Source of the DNA: an uncultured delta proteobacterium
GTDB taxonomy: Bacteria > Desulfobacterota > Syntrophia > Syntrophales > Smithellaceae
Assembly: GCA_963753975.1 (NCBI GenBank)
Contig: CAVWEH010000002.1
Location: forward strand, 512,001 to 576,000
Reading direction: 5' to 3'
DNA length: 64,000 nt
Part shown: one piece after another, positions 21,967 to 30,627 of the stretch
Layout: the number at the start of each line of letters is the position of its first letter
Position numbering within the stretch: position 1 is the stretch's first letter
Notes under the pieces: generated by a model
What the model was told of the DNA's origin: nothing
Databases searched by the model: none
What the model saw: the letters and a program-made list of their open reading frames with translations, nothing else
Position numbers and translations under genes: made by a program

Positions 21967-22629
21967 ATGTCCCAAACTATAGTGGAAACTGAAAAATACA
22001 GTCTGATAGAAGAAATTTTTAATAGCATTATTCACGGGACCGGGATTCTAATCAGCCTGGCCGGACTTGTTCTCTTAATCGTTTTTGCCAGCTTGTATGG
22101 TAAGACCAGCCATATTGTCAGTTGTACAATTTTCGGTATTACGCTGGTTTTACTTTACACGGCTTCAACACTTTATCATAGTTGCCGAGAACCACAAATT
22201 AAACACGTCTTTAGAATTATCGACCATTCTTGCATTTACGCTTTAATTGCGGGAACTTATACCCCTTTTATGCTGGTTGCGGTTCGCGGGGTTTTGGGTT
22301 GGACTATGTTTGCTGTCGTTTGGTCTCTGACCATTTTGGGAATTTTGTTTAAAGTTTTTTTTATTCATCGGTTTAAAATTCTTTCCACGCTTGCTTATAT
22401 TCTGATGGGCTGGCTGGTTGTTTTTGCCATCAAACCCATTTTTCAGACACTCCCCGGAGGCGCTATTGTCTGGCTTATTTCAGGCGGACTGGCTTATACG
22501 GGGGGCACTATCTTTTATGCCTGGAAAAGACTTCCCTTTAATCATGCTATCTGGCATTTATTCGTACTTACCGGCAGTATTTGCCATTTTTTCGCTGTCT
22601 TCTTTTATGTAGTACCATTGAAAACTTAA
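21967..22629 (+). CDS. Hemolysin III / PAQR family membrane protein
   Basis: EEIFNSIIHG, STLYH, DHSCIY, HAIWHLFV; about 7 TM helices. Confidence 0.92.
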   Translation: MSQTIVETEKYSLIEEIFNSIIHGTGILISLAGLVLLIVFASLYGKTSHIVSCTIFGITLVLLYTASTLYHSCREPQIKHVFRIIDHSCIYALIAGTYTPFMLVAVRGVLGWTMFAVVWSLTILGILFKVFFIHRFKILSTLAYILMGWLVVFAIKPIFQTLPGGAIVWLISGGLAYTGGTIFYAWKRLPFNHAIWHLFVLTGSICHFFAVFFYVVPLKT

Positions 22630-22856
22630 ATAAACCATATACAAATGATTCTAAAAAGAAGTCACTTTTTCTACGCCGGCGTTTTTCGCGAAAATAGAAT
22701 CAAGACTGAAAGTTTATAAAATCTTTAATATGCTAATTTAATAAAGACATGAAGATAACTCTTATTGAACTTCCTAAATCACTCTTGTATTATCATATTT
22801 AAAATGTTAGAAGTTCGGCGAATTCAAACGTTAGTATTCCACAAGGGGAGATAAGC

Positions 22857-24563
22857 ATGAGAAAATATTTGCAATTAATATTTTGTTTGACAATTATTTT
22901 GCTGGCTACAGGATCGCTTTGGGCAAAAGATAAGTACACGGTAGCTATTTTACCTTTTTCCGTACATAGCGCTGAAAATATCGATTATTTAAAACAAGGA
23001 ATCGGGGATATGCTTTCCACGCGTATTTTTGTACCGAATAAAATTGAGGTTACGGGTAAAAATATTGTTTCCGAAGAACTCAAGAAAATCAAATCCGGGG
23101 AATTAACTTTAGTTGATGTATATAACCTCGGTAAAAAACTGAAGTCTGATTATGTCGTTTGGGGAAGCATTACCAAAATCGGCAAAAGTATCAGTATTGA
23201 TGGAAAGCTGGTGGACATAGCCGCCAACAAATCGGACATCGGCATCTTCGCCCAATCACAAAGCCTTGATGAAGTAATTCCTAAAATCAATGATTTTTCT
23301 CAAAGAATTGTCCAACATATTCTGGGAATTACATCACCGGCAACGACACAAGATACAGGTTCCGCCACTTTCGCTCCCACTGCAAGCCCTAATGCGCCCC
23401 CATCCCCTCCGGGCTCTTCGCGTGAATCGCAAATAATTGCGGGCATGAAAACGGGCAAGAGAGGCACTTTGACTTCGGCAATCAACGCTGAATTTATTAA
23501 TGCTCCCGATCCTACTAATCGCAGGGGATTTTGGATGAGTCAAAAATTACCTACCGAATTTAAAGGTATGGATATAGGAGACGTAAATAATGACGGCTTA
23601 AACGAAGTGGTGGTTATTGACAGTCATAATGTATACATATACCAAAAAAAAGCCAATGAATTGAATCTATTGGAGAAAATTCCCGGAAAATCTTATGATA
23701 ATTATATTTCAGTCGACGTAGCGGATATTAACAAAAACGGTGTAAAAGAAATAATCGTCACATCGCTCAATGATACTTTGCTTGATTCCTTTGTCTTGGA
23801 ATTCAAAGACGGTAAATATGTAAAAATTGCATCGGATATCCGTTGGTTTTTACGTGTAATCGATACTCCATCCGGTCCTTTATTATTAGGACAGGCTTAT
23901 GGTTTTGATAAGCCTTTAGACACACCAATTTATGAAATTGTTTGGAGAGACGGCAAATACGTTTCCGATCAAAAAATGAAAATACCTTTAGGTTTGTCTA
24001 TCTACGGATTAACCATTGATAATGTGGGCGCAGGAGGTGAAAAAATAATCGCCTTGGATGAACTGGACTATTTATGTATTTTTGAAAAAACAAACAAACC
24101 ACTGAGCAAAATTTTTACTTTTGGCTTTTCCAGTGACGCACTTATCTGGAGAAGTGATGATGTATATGGTGGCAGCAATAACTACTTCGAAAATATTGAT
24201 AAAACAAAGCCTGCTGAAAATGAAAAAAGCGCATTTGCCAATTTGCGCATTCTGACTTTTGATACACACAAGGATGGAAAAAAACAGATAATTATAGCAA
24301 AAAACTTATCTTCCGTCGGCCGAGTGTTTAAGCATTTGAAGCTCTTCACTTCCAGTGAAATATATAATCTGGAATGGGACGGCATGGGCATGGCGGAAAA
24401 CTGGCGGACAAAAAAAATCAACGGATACATTGCCGATTATTGTTTTAAAGACATAGATAACGATGGTAAACCCAAATTAGTGTTGGCCTTGGTTTCATCT
24501 GTCGGCGCTTCGTTGCAGGATAGAAGTGTAATAGTTGTTTATGAGCTGAATACCGTCCAATAA
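22857..24563 (+). CDS. Exported FG-GAP/VCBS-repeat protein with N-terminal TolB/CsgG-like domain
   Basis: Signal peptide; GDVNNDGLNE, ADINKNGVKE, KDIDNDGK repeats. Confidence 0.8.
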   Translation: MRKYLQLIFCLTIILLATGSLWAKDKYTVAILPFSVHSAENIDYLKQGIGDMLSTRIFVPNKIEVTGKNIVSEELKKIKSGELTLVDVYNLGKKLKSDYVVWGSITKIGKSISIDGKLVDIAANKSDIGIFAQSQSLDEVIPKINDFSQRIVQHILGITSPATTQDTGSATFAPTASPNAPPSPPGSSRESQIIAGMKTGKRGTLTSAINAEFINAPDPTNRRGFWMSQKLPTEFKGMDIGDVNNDGLNEVVVIDSHNVYIYQKKANELNLLEKIPGKSYDNYISVDVADINKNGVKEIIVTSLNDTLLDSFVLEFKDGKYVKIASDIRWFLRVIDTPSGPLLLGQAYGFDKPLDTPIYEIVWRDGKYVSDQKMKIPLGLSIYGLTIDNVGAGGEKIIALDELDYLCIFEKTNKPLSKIFTFGFSSDALIWRSDDVYGGSNNYFENIDKTKPAENEKSAFANLRILTFDTHKDGKKQIIIAKNLSSVGRVFKHLKLFTSSEIYNLEWDGMGMAENWRTKKINGYIADYCFKDIDNDGKPKLVLALVSSVGASLQDRSVIVVYELNTVQ

Positions 24564-24567
24564 GTAA

Positions 24568-24596
24568 TTGACAAAACTTGTGTGCTTAGGTATAGC
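24568..24596 (+). promoter_or_regulatory. Sigma70-type promoter of tRNA-Met
   Basis: TTGACA-17 bp-TATAGC upstream of the tRNA. Confidence 0.6.
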
Positions 24597-24651
24597 GTCG
24601 CACACATTTATTTTCCCATTAAAAAGGAAAATAATAAGTAACTATCCAAGA

Positions 24652-24728
24652 GGCGGTGTAGCTCAGCTGGTTAGAGCATACGGCTCATATCCGTAGTGTC
24701 CGGGGTCCGATTCCCTGCACCGCCACCA
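24652..24728 (+). tRNA. tRNA with CAT anticodon (probably elongator tRNA-Met)
   Basis: GGCGGTG/CACCGCC acceptor stem, TACGG-CTCATAT-CCGTA anticodon arm, encoded CCA. Confidence 0.92.
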
Positions 24729-25825
24729 TAATTATAACAAGGACTTAGGAGTTTTTCTAAGTCCTTCTTTTTTGCGCCCGGGTCACTTTCCGTGCCATAA
24801 ATGTCATCTAAAACGCTTACCGCCTTCATTCTTTTCTCTTTTAATGAATAAAGATATTTTTTAGTGGTTATCAGATTTGTATGTCCAAGGAGCTCACTAA
24901 CAACCTGAACATCAGGCCTATTATTTTCACTACCCATAGCTATTGTTGAGGCGAAAACATCCCTTAAATCTTTGGCAGTGATTTTAATCCCTGTTTTCAT
25001 TGTTATCCTTTTAAACATTTTATCTCTTCTCAATATCCGCTTACCGTTATTGTGATGAAATATAAAAGGCGAATCGGTTTTATAAGCCTCTAATCCTTTT
25101 AAAGTCATATAAAGACCATTACACATATCCAGCTGCCTTAAAGAACTTTCAGTTTTTGTTCCCCTGATTATAATTTCCCTGTTTTCATAATTTACGTCGG
25201 TCCATTTACTGGACAGCGCTTCAGATAATCTTTCGCCGGTAAAAAGTAAAAACCTGAAGAATAAAAGTTCTTCTTTCTCTAACGCTGATTCAGCCTTTTT
25301 TATTTCTTCAGGAGTAAAACCATTTTTTATGATCCTTTCCGGCCTGATTCTTTTTCTGGAAACTTTCCTCATAGGATTTAGGTCTATTATTTCTTCTTTC
25401 ACCGCCCAGTTTAATAATGCGTTTAAATCCGTCACATAATGAGTGATAGTATTCTTTGATATATCCCTCTTGCATTGTTCATCAATGAACGCTTCAATGT
25501 CATTATGAGTAATATCTTTCAGCCGCTTTCCCGCTGTAAAGAAAGGTAAGATAAAACTTTTAAAATTGGAAACGAGTCCACGCACCCTATTTTCAGATTT
25601 ACCGATTCTAGCAGAGTAAGCCAAGAAACCATTCACCGCGTCAACACAAGCCATATTAGAAGCGGAAGCAGCCAATGAGGCCTCTCTCCTTAGTTTACCC
25701 AGATGATTTTCCGCTGCCTTTTGAGCTTCATCTCTGGTATTCCAACCGGAGAGCCTGTACCTGTTTGAGTGAAAGCATATCTGATAGCCCCACTTTCCGG
25801 TATCTTTCCTTTTTCTTATTTGCAT
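24671..25825 (-). CDS. Phage-type tyrosine integrase; C-terminus reads through attL
   Basis: FTGERLSE (R), GTKT (K), KDLRDVFAS, LLGHT...TKKY; N-terminal arm-binding and SAM-like domains. Confidence 0.92.
   Translation of the reverse strand: MQIRKRKDTGKWGYQICFHSNRYRLSGWNTRDEAQKAAENHLGKLRREASLAASASNMACVDAVNGFLAYSARIGKSENRVRGLVSNFKSFILPFFTAGKRLKDITHNDIEAFIDEQCKRDISKNTITHYVTDLNALLNWAVKEEIIDLNPMRKVSRKRIRPERIIKNGFTPEEIKKAESALEKEELLFFRFLLFTGERLSEALSSKWTDVNYENREIIIRGTKTESSLRQLDMCNGLYMTLKGLEAYKTDSPFIFHHNNGKRILRRDKMFKRITMKTGIKITAKDLRDVFASTIAMGSENNRPDVQVVSELLGHTNLITTKKYLYSLKEKRMKAVSVLDDIYGTESDPGAKKKDLEKLLSPCYNYGGGAGNRTPDTTDMSRML
24684..24728 (+). repeat. attL core (3' half of tRNA from the anticodon loop)
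   Basis: CTCATATCCGTAGTGTCCGGGGTCCGATTCCCTGCACCGCCACCA. Confidence 0.92.
24739..24773 (+). terminator. Intrinsic terminator after tRNA, supplied by the element
   Basis: AAGGACTTAG-8nt-CTAAGTCCTT followed by CTTTTTT. Confidence 0.65.
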
Positions 25826-26021
25826 CGAGATTAACCTCCTCCTCTCTCGACTTGATATAATTTATCAAGTCAATTTTTCTGTAACGGATTAGCCCCCTGC
25901 CCTTTCCTATCCTGATCTTGACTAGACCACACAATCCGTAAACCATATTAACTTTAACTTTTAAAATCTCCGCTATTTGGTTTACTGTCAAAAGCTCAGG
26001 GTATTTATCCAAAAAATTCAT
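25728..26021 (-). CDS. Excisionase-like HTH protein
   Basis: LLTVNQIAEILKV...IRYRKIDL; immediately upstream of int. Confidence 0.75.
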   Translation of the reverse strand: MNFLDKYPELLTVNQIAEILKVKVNMVYGLCGLVKIRIGKGRGLIRYRKIDLINYIKSREEEVNLDANKKKERYRKVGLSDMLSLKQVQALRLEYQR

Positions 26022-26046
26022 AATTACAGAATGCGTACGCCATTAT

Positions 26047-26334
26047 TTATTTTCTGATTTCCAAATCGCCAGCATTATCTAGTCTAATATCACCAACGCG
26101 TAATGCATCTTTCAATTTAGCGAATACCTTGTCTCCAACTGCAACAGCCTGTATTAAGCCCAACCTGTCCAGTGATTGCATATCCTCTAGCCCCATCTCA
26201 ATAAGATTAGCCATCATTTCGCTTCTTGTCCTGCGCCCTCTTATAGCGCGAATCCTATCAATTTCTTTTACTATGCTTGGTCTCAACATTACTGTGTATT
26301 GCTGTTTTGCTTCTTCCACTTTTGGTCTTCCCAT
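26047..26334 (-). CDS. Ribbon-helix-helix (CopG-like) regulator
   Basis: MGRPK, YTVML beta-strand, EIDRI...TRSEMM helices. Confidence 0.75.
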   Translation of the reverse strand: MGRPKVEEAKQQYTVMLRPSIVKEIDRIRAIRGRRTRSEMMANLIEMGLEDMQSLDRLGLIQAVAVGDKVFAKLKDALRVGDIRLDNAGDLEIRK

Positions 26335-26392
26335 AATTATACCCCCTTAAATTCTTAATTATAGATACATTATGTTTACTTTTGTATAGTGA

Positions 26393-26421
26393 ATATTACT
26401 ATATTGTTAATGCTCTGTCAA
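26393..26421 (-). promoter_or_regulatory. Sigma70 promoter for the RHH-xis-int operon
   Basis: Minus strand TTGACA-17 bp-TAATAT. Confidence 0.6.
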
Positions 26422-26628
26422 GTTATTTTTTTACTCTTCCGAAAAGATTACGGTGTGTCATTTTTCGCCATTTGTAAGGGTATTTATTTCTTCCTGAAGT
26501 CAATAGGATGGCAATACATGAAAATATACAACATTTCTTTCGGTAATAAATACTTACTGAATTAATGTGATCCCGTAATTTAATTCAAAATAATATCTTA
26601 TGAAGGATTAATCTGGCTAATAATATCT

Positions 26629-27627
26629 TCAGTCATGAATTAGCGAACGACCATTTTTGCTGAGGTAAGGATCGAGAGTTTTCCAGTCTATTGTGATGAA
26701 AACATTAAAACCTTTCATATAAACTTCAAAAAATCCGAAGCCCAACCCATCTTTCAAGATCACCCACTCACTAGGTGAAGTTACTTTATGCATGATCTCC
26801 CAAGTGCTAATTTTATTGTATGGGTACTCTCTTTTCAGGTACTGAGCAATTTTCTCATCCTGCAGTTTCTGAGAAACTAGTGCTGCAACTTTGCTCTGCC
26901 AGTCGGTTTTATCACCGAATAAATCTGCAGCTTGTAATTCCCTTTTGCTTTCTAACAGCCAAGAAATGGACTCTGCTTCCGCATCGGTTCGATATGGACT
27001 TGCTGCACCCTCACTTATCATAGAGTCTAAACGTCTGACTGATATTAAGTGCTTGTTACTAAAGCTAACGGTGTATTCGTTATTACGATTTATACAACCT
27101 CTGGAATATTTAGAATGGCCAGTGGCGTATTTAGAAATAAAATTATTCCAGAATTTCTCATTTTCGTCTCGCGGGTTTTCAATTTGCGGATACGTGAGAT
27201 CGTTTCTTGAATAATGAGCATAAACATTTCTAAAAATACGATCAGGGAATTTGATCAAGCTGCATTGCAGTTGTTTGATTCTTTCTTTATAAGTCTCCTT
27301 TATTCCACTATCGGGGTTAGTATAGGAAGATATTATTTTGAGCCAGTACTTCTGATATTGCCTTGTTTCCTTCTGACCTTCAGGAGATAAATTGGTCATG
27401 GCGTCATGGTAAACTTTAGCCATCTCTTCATCGAGTTTGGAGAGTTCTGCATCGGAGCATACGATCTTCTCCACCTTACTGGCAGCCTTCTGGCAATCAA
27501 AGCTTGCGGCAGTGGCTTGTGTGGAAAATAATCCGCAAAGAATAATGGCTCTGAAAAATACTTGTAGGAAGGAACTTCTGATGGCTCCCGCTTTTCTGAT
27601 ACTATTTGAACCATTAGTCGATTTCAT
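26629..27627 (-). CDS. Exported LprI/DUF1311 (lysozyme-inhibitor-like) domain protein with C-terminal DUF3298/RsiV-like region
   Basis: Signal peptide; ASFDCQKA.SKVEKIVCSDAELSKLD...YQKYWL. Confidence 0.8.
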   Translation of the reverse strand: MKSTNGSNSIRKAGAIRSSFLQVFFRAIILCGLFSTQATAASFDCQKAASKVEKIVCSDAELSKLDEEMAKVYHDAMTNLSPEGQKETRQYQKYWLKIISSYTNPDSGIKETYKERIKQLQCSLIKFPDRIFRNVYAHYSRNDLTYPQIENPRDENEKFWNNFISKYATGHSKYSRGCINRNNEYTVSFSNKHLISVRRLDSMISEGAASPYRTDAEAESISWLLESKRELQAADLFGDKTDWQSKVAALVSQKLQDEKIAQYLKREYPYNKISTWEIMHKVTSPSEWVILKDGLGFGFFEVYMKGFNVFITIDWKTLDPYLSKNGRSLIHD

Positions 27628-27768
27628 AACTGCCTCCGGTTAAGCTATGTAGTGATGAAAATAATTTTAAGCTTGAAGGATGATGATATTTATTTTCTAA
27701 ATGATTGCAATAGATATTATTTCGTGACGAAAATTGCGTATGTATCAATATTGAATGTTTCTACCAGT

Positions 27769-27818
27769 TATCATCAATTTATCTTGACAGGTTTTTCTAA
27801 CACTTAGTAGGTGAAACA
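27769..27818 (+). repeat. Cargo-boundary 50-bp site, copy A
   Basis: TATCATCAATT-N17-CTAACACTTAGTAGGTGAAACA; aligns without gaps to copies B and C. Confidence 0.65.
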
Positions 27819-28112
27819 AATAATCGACTTCTTCCTGAAGTCGGCAACTTCCTAGATTTCATATTTATACTAGATTGCTAGTGGAAATAGTGATATTAGG
27901 AAAGCGTATTTAAAAGGCAAGCTCAAATAACAGTCCCATATTATGCATCCTTTTTAAGACTAAGTGAGGGTGTTATGTGGCTGATTTTTGAAACCCCGTT
28001 TCTTAAAAAAGAGTGGGGTTTTATTTTTTGGGATACTGTTATAATTAAAACTACCTTTAGTGACATTCTGATAGTTAGGTAATTTACATTTTTAAGCATA
28101 GAATAAGGTTCA

Positions 28113-28754
28113 ATGATGCAAATATCAGAGTTAACAGTTAGACTAATAATTCTCATCATTCCCGGTATAGTCGCAACTTTAATAGTGGATACTCTGACAA
28201 TTCATCGGGAATGGAGTCCTTTCAGGTTTAGTATTTATTCAGTAGTGTTAGGAGTCACATCTTATATATTCTACCAATTATTCTTGTGTATGTGGCATCT
28301 ATTATTTTTGTTATGCCCACTCTTTCCTGACCCTCCAAGTTTAATATTTTGGTCGTCATTATTTGATAATACGATCCCAATTTCCATATACGAAGTTATT
28401 TTTACATGTTTATGCGGTTTAGTTTTAGGTCTTTTATTTACTAGCATTATTAACCATCAATATTTATACAAAATTACAAAGAAGCTAAAAATATCAGATG
28501 TATATGGTGAGGAAGAATTATTTACACATTTTATGAGGAAGGACGATGTAGAATGGGTATGGGTAAGGTGCAAGACTACAGGTTTGACATATGATGGTTA
28601 TGTAGATAGCTTTGCAGAAACTGAAAAATTACAAGAAATAGAATTGAAAGATGTTACTGTATACAATTCAGAAGATTCTAAAGAATTATATAAACTATCA
28701 AAAATTTATCTTGCTTCACAACCGGGAGACTTTATAATCGAAGTTAGAAAATAA
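28113..28754 (+). CDS. Membrane protein (possibly DUF6338-like)
   Basis: LIIPG motif, 3 TM helices, C-terminal Sm-like region YDGYVDSF..EIELKDV. Confidence 0.7.
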   Translation: MMQISELTVRLIILIIPGIVATLIVDTLTIHREWSPFRFSIYSVVLGVTSYIFYQLFLCMWHLLFLLCPLFPDPPSLIFWSSLFDNTIPISIYEVIFTCLCGLVLGLLFTSIINHQYLYKITKKLKISDVYGEEELFTHFMRKDDVEWVWVRCKTTGLTYDGYVDSFAETEKLQEIELKDVTVYNSEDSKELYKLSKIYLASQPGDFIIEVRK

Positions 28755-28772
28755 TTAGAAGGATAATCTATT

Positions 28773-28928
28773 ATGGAAAAAAGAGAAGCCGATCTAAAAG
28801 AAGTATTTGAGGTTAGGAAAGGCGGTTCAAAACCAAAACCTACTACACCAAAACCACAGGGGCCACCGCCACCATTAAAGCCGCAGGGACCACCACCTCA
28901 ATCAGAGCCACAGAAGAAGTCAAATTAA
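28773..28928 (+). CDS. 51-aa proline-rich microprotein (below the ORF-track cutoff)
   Basis: GAAGGA RBS; MEKREADLKEVFEVRKGGSKPKPTTPKPQGPPPPLKPQGPPPQSEPQKKSN*. Confidence 0.6.
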   Translation: MEKREADLKEVFEVRKGGSKPKPTTPKPQGPPPPLKPQGPPPQSEPQKKSN

Positions 28929-29080
28929 AGGATAGATACAAAAACGTATAGTTCTTGAAAAACAATTAACAATCTTCAAGAAGAAATAAAGAACTTATGT
29001 CTATGACTTATTTTGAGGGGTTTGGATTATTATAAAGCATACATATGGACAGTGTCGGATGCATGAACTAAGATTGGGAG

Positions 29081-29623
29081 ATGCAAATGGATACACACGA
29101 TTGGGCGGCATTATGTACTGCCCTTATCGCAATAGGCACGTGGGCCCTCGTTTTCGCCACCTTCCGACTCGTTAAAGAGCAGCATGAGACGACCAAGGCC
29201 GAACTTAGGGTAAAACTACAAGTGCATATGGAAGACAGATTTGACTCCCACTCAATGCTCCTAGCACGCCAAGCACTGGCGAGCAAATTGCTGGCTGGTG
29301 TTCCCCGCGAAGATATTCAAGAAACAGTAATGAACTTCTTCGAATCTCTTGGGACACTTTTTCGCCGCGATTATCTTGATCCGGATATGATGTGGGAAGA
29401 TTTCAGTTTCCATGCCACACGATGGTGGAGTGCTACGAAAGACTACATACTCGCGGAACGCAATTTACAACGTAACGATGATACGATTTTCCATGATTTC
29501 CAGAAACTAGTTGATGAATGCTATTCTATAGAAAGTACCAGAAGAAAGCTCTCTAGGGCACAGCTTGAGCCCAGTCGACAAGACGTAAAACAGTTTTTGA
29601 TTGATGAAAGTAATCTTCTGTGA
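29081..29623 (+). CDS. Membrane-anchored hypothetical protein (possibly DUF4760-like)
   Basis: N-terminal TM; VMNFFESLG...LDPDM; FHDFQKL. Confidence 0.7.
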   Translation: MQMDTHDWAALCTALIAIGTWALVFATFRLVKEQHETTKAELRVKLQVHMEDRFDSHSMLLARQALASKLLAGVPREDIQETVMNFFESLGTLFRRDYLDPDMMWEDFSFHATRWWSATKDYILAERNLQRNDDTIFHDFQKLVDECYSIESTRRKLSRAQLEPSRQDVKQFLIDESNLL

Positions 29624-29655
29624 GGCATCATAGGGGTTACTCCCTTTCCGTCAAT

Positions 29656-29705
29656 AATCTTCAATTATGACAACTACCCATTACTGAAACTTTGTAGGTG
29701 AAACA
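29656..29705 (+). repeat. Cargo-boundary 50-bp site, copy B
   Basis: AATCTTCAATTATGACAACTACCCATTACTGAAACTTTGTAGGTGAAACA. Confidence 0.7.
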
Positions 29706-29847
29706 GTGAATCTGTAGGTTCGGCAATCCAAAAAAAATCATAATTTAGTTTTTTTGTTGACTCCTGCCTGAAATTCTCATTTTTCAAATTATCGATTCTA
29801 TGCTAGGTTACAACAAGTAATCGTTAGAGAGAGAGAGGAAAGAAATT

Positions 29848-30474
29848 ATGAAATTAAGAAGATTGATTGCAATTTTGTTAATATCTTTTATCGCAATTTT
29901 TCCCATTGCATGCAGCATGGGGCAAACAAGATATGACTTATGTAACACACCAGTTATTGGGTTAATCATGTATCCATTATTTCTTTGTGCCTCCTCACCG
30001 CTCATTCCTGAGACGGATATCTCACTTTTAGAATCTGGCGTTGTGTTAAAAACAATTTTCAAAGCACGTATCGAAAAAAGCTATAAGTTAATACTATCTT
30101 TTTATTTTCCAAAGGATCAAGATAGAGATAAAGACAATATTATAGGAGGACCAGGATACGACGGATACTGCAGAAGCTGCTTAGAAGAATGTAACTCAAA
30201 TCGAATGTCAGAAAGCGAAGAATATCGTAAATCTTATGGGACAATGATTCCTATTAGAGTCATAGTAACGAAATTGTCAGATTCAACTGTTGTTGTTGAT
30301 AAGACATTCCAAACTGTGTGTTCTATTGCATCGGGAGCTAACGATAAATGGAGAGACATTGGTTGGATAAAATTAACTGAAGGCAAGTATTCAATTGAGA
30401 TTATTAACACCACAGCTCAACCAGAATTAAAAGGAATTCAAACGAAAATTGGGTTATATATGGGAGGACATTGA
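29848..30474 (+). CDS. Putative lipoprotein (possibly DUF5625-like, immunity-like)
   Basis: Signal with PIAC lipobox; YGTMIPIRV, LTEGKYSIEI. Confidence 0.7.
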   Translation: MKLRRLIAILLISFIAIFPIACSMGQTRYDLCNTPVIGLIMYPLFLCASSPLIPETDISLLESGVVLKTIFKARIEKSYKLILSFYFPKDQDRDKDNIIGGPGYDGYCRSCLEECNSNRMSESEEYRKSYGTMIPIRVIVTKLSDSTVVVDKTFQTVCSIASGANDKWRDIGWIKLTEGKYSIEIINTTAQPELKGIQTKIGLYMGGH

Positions 30475-30555
30475 AAATAAAACGAATGCTAAACCATTAA
30501 TCCAACGTGTGGCATACAACTGATGGTGATCATTGTGTTTCACCTTTCAAATAGC

Positions 30556-30605
30556 AATCCTCAATTTTGACAATCACTCTCCACTGAAACTTAGTAGTGT
30601 AAGCA
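30556..30605 (+). repeat. Cargo-boundary 50-bp site, copy C
   Basis: AATCCTCAATTTTGACAATCACTCTCCACTGAAACTTAGTAGTGTAAGCA; 37/50 ungapped identity to copy B, exactly 900 bp downstream. Confidence 0.7.
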
Positions 30606-30627
30606 ACAATTTAATTCATTTCTCTTT

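Noticed and set aside
26350..26382. dif-like site (TTATGTTTACT resembles a XerD arm); also ACTTCCTAGA near 27848
   Set aside because: Only one arm matches in each case, in very AT-rich DNA; the element clearly uses the tRNA att site.
28971..29020. Additional copy of the 50-bp cargo site between the microprotein and ORF 29081
   Set aside because: Only the left box (AATCTTCAA) matches; the right box is not recognisable.
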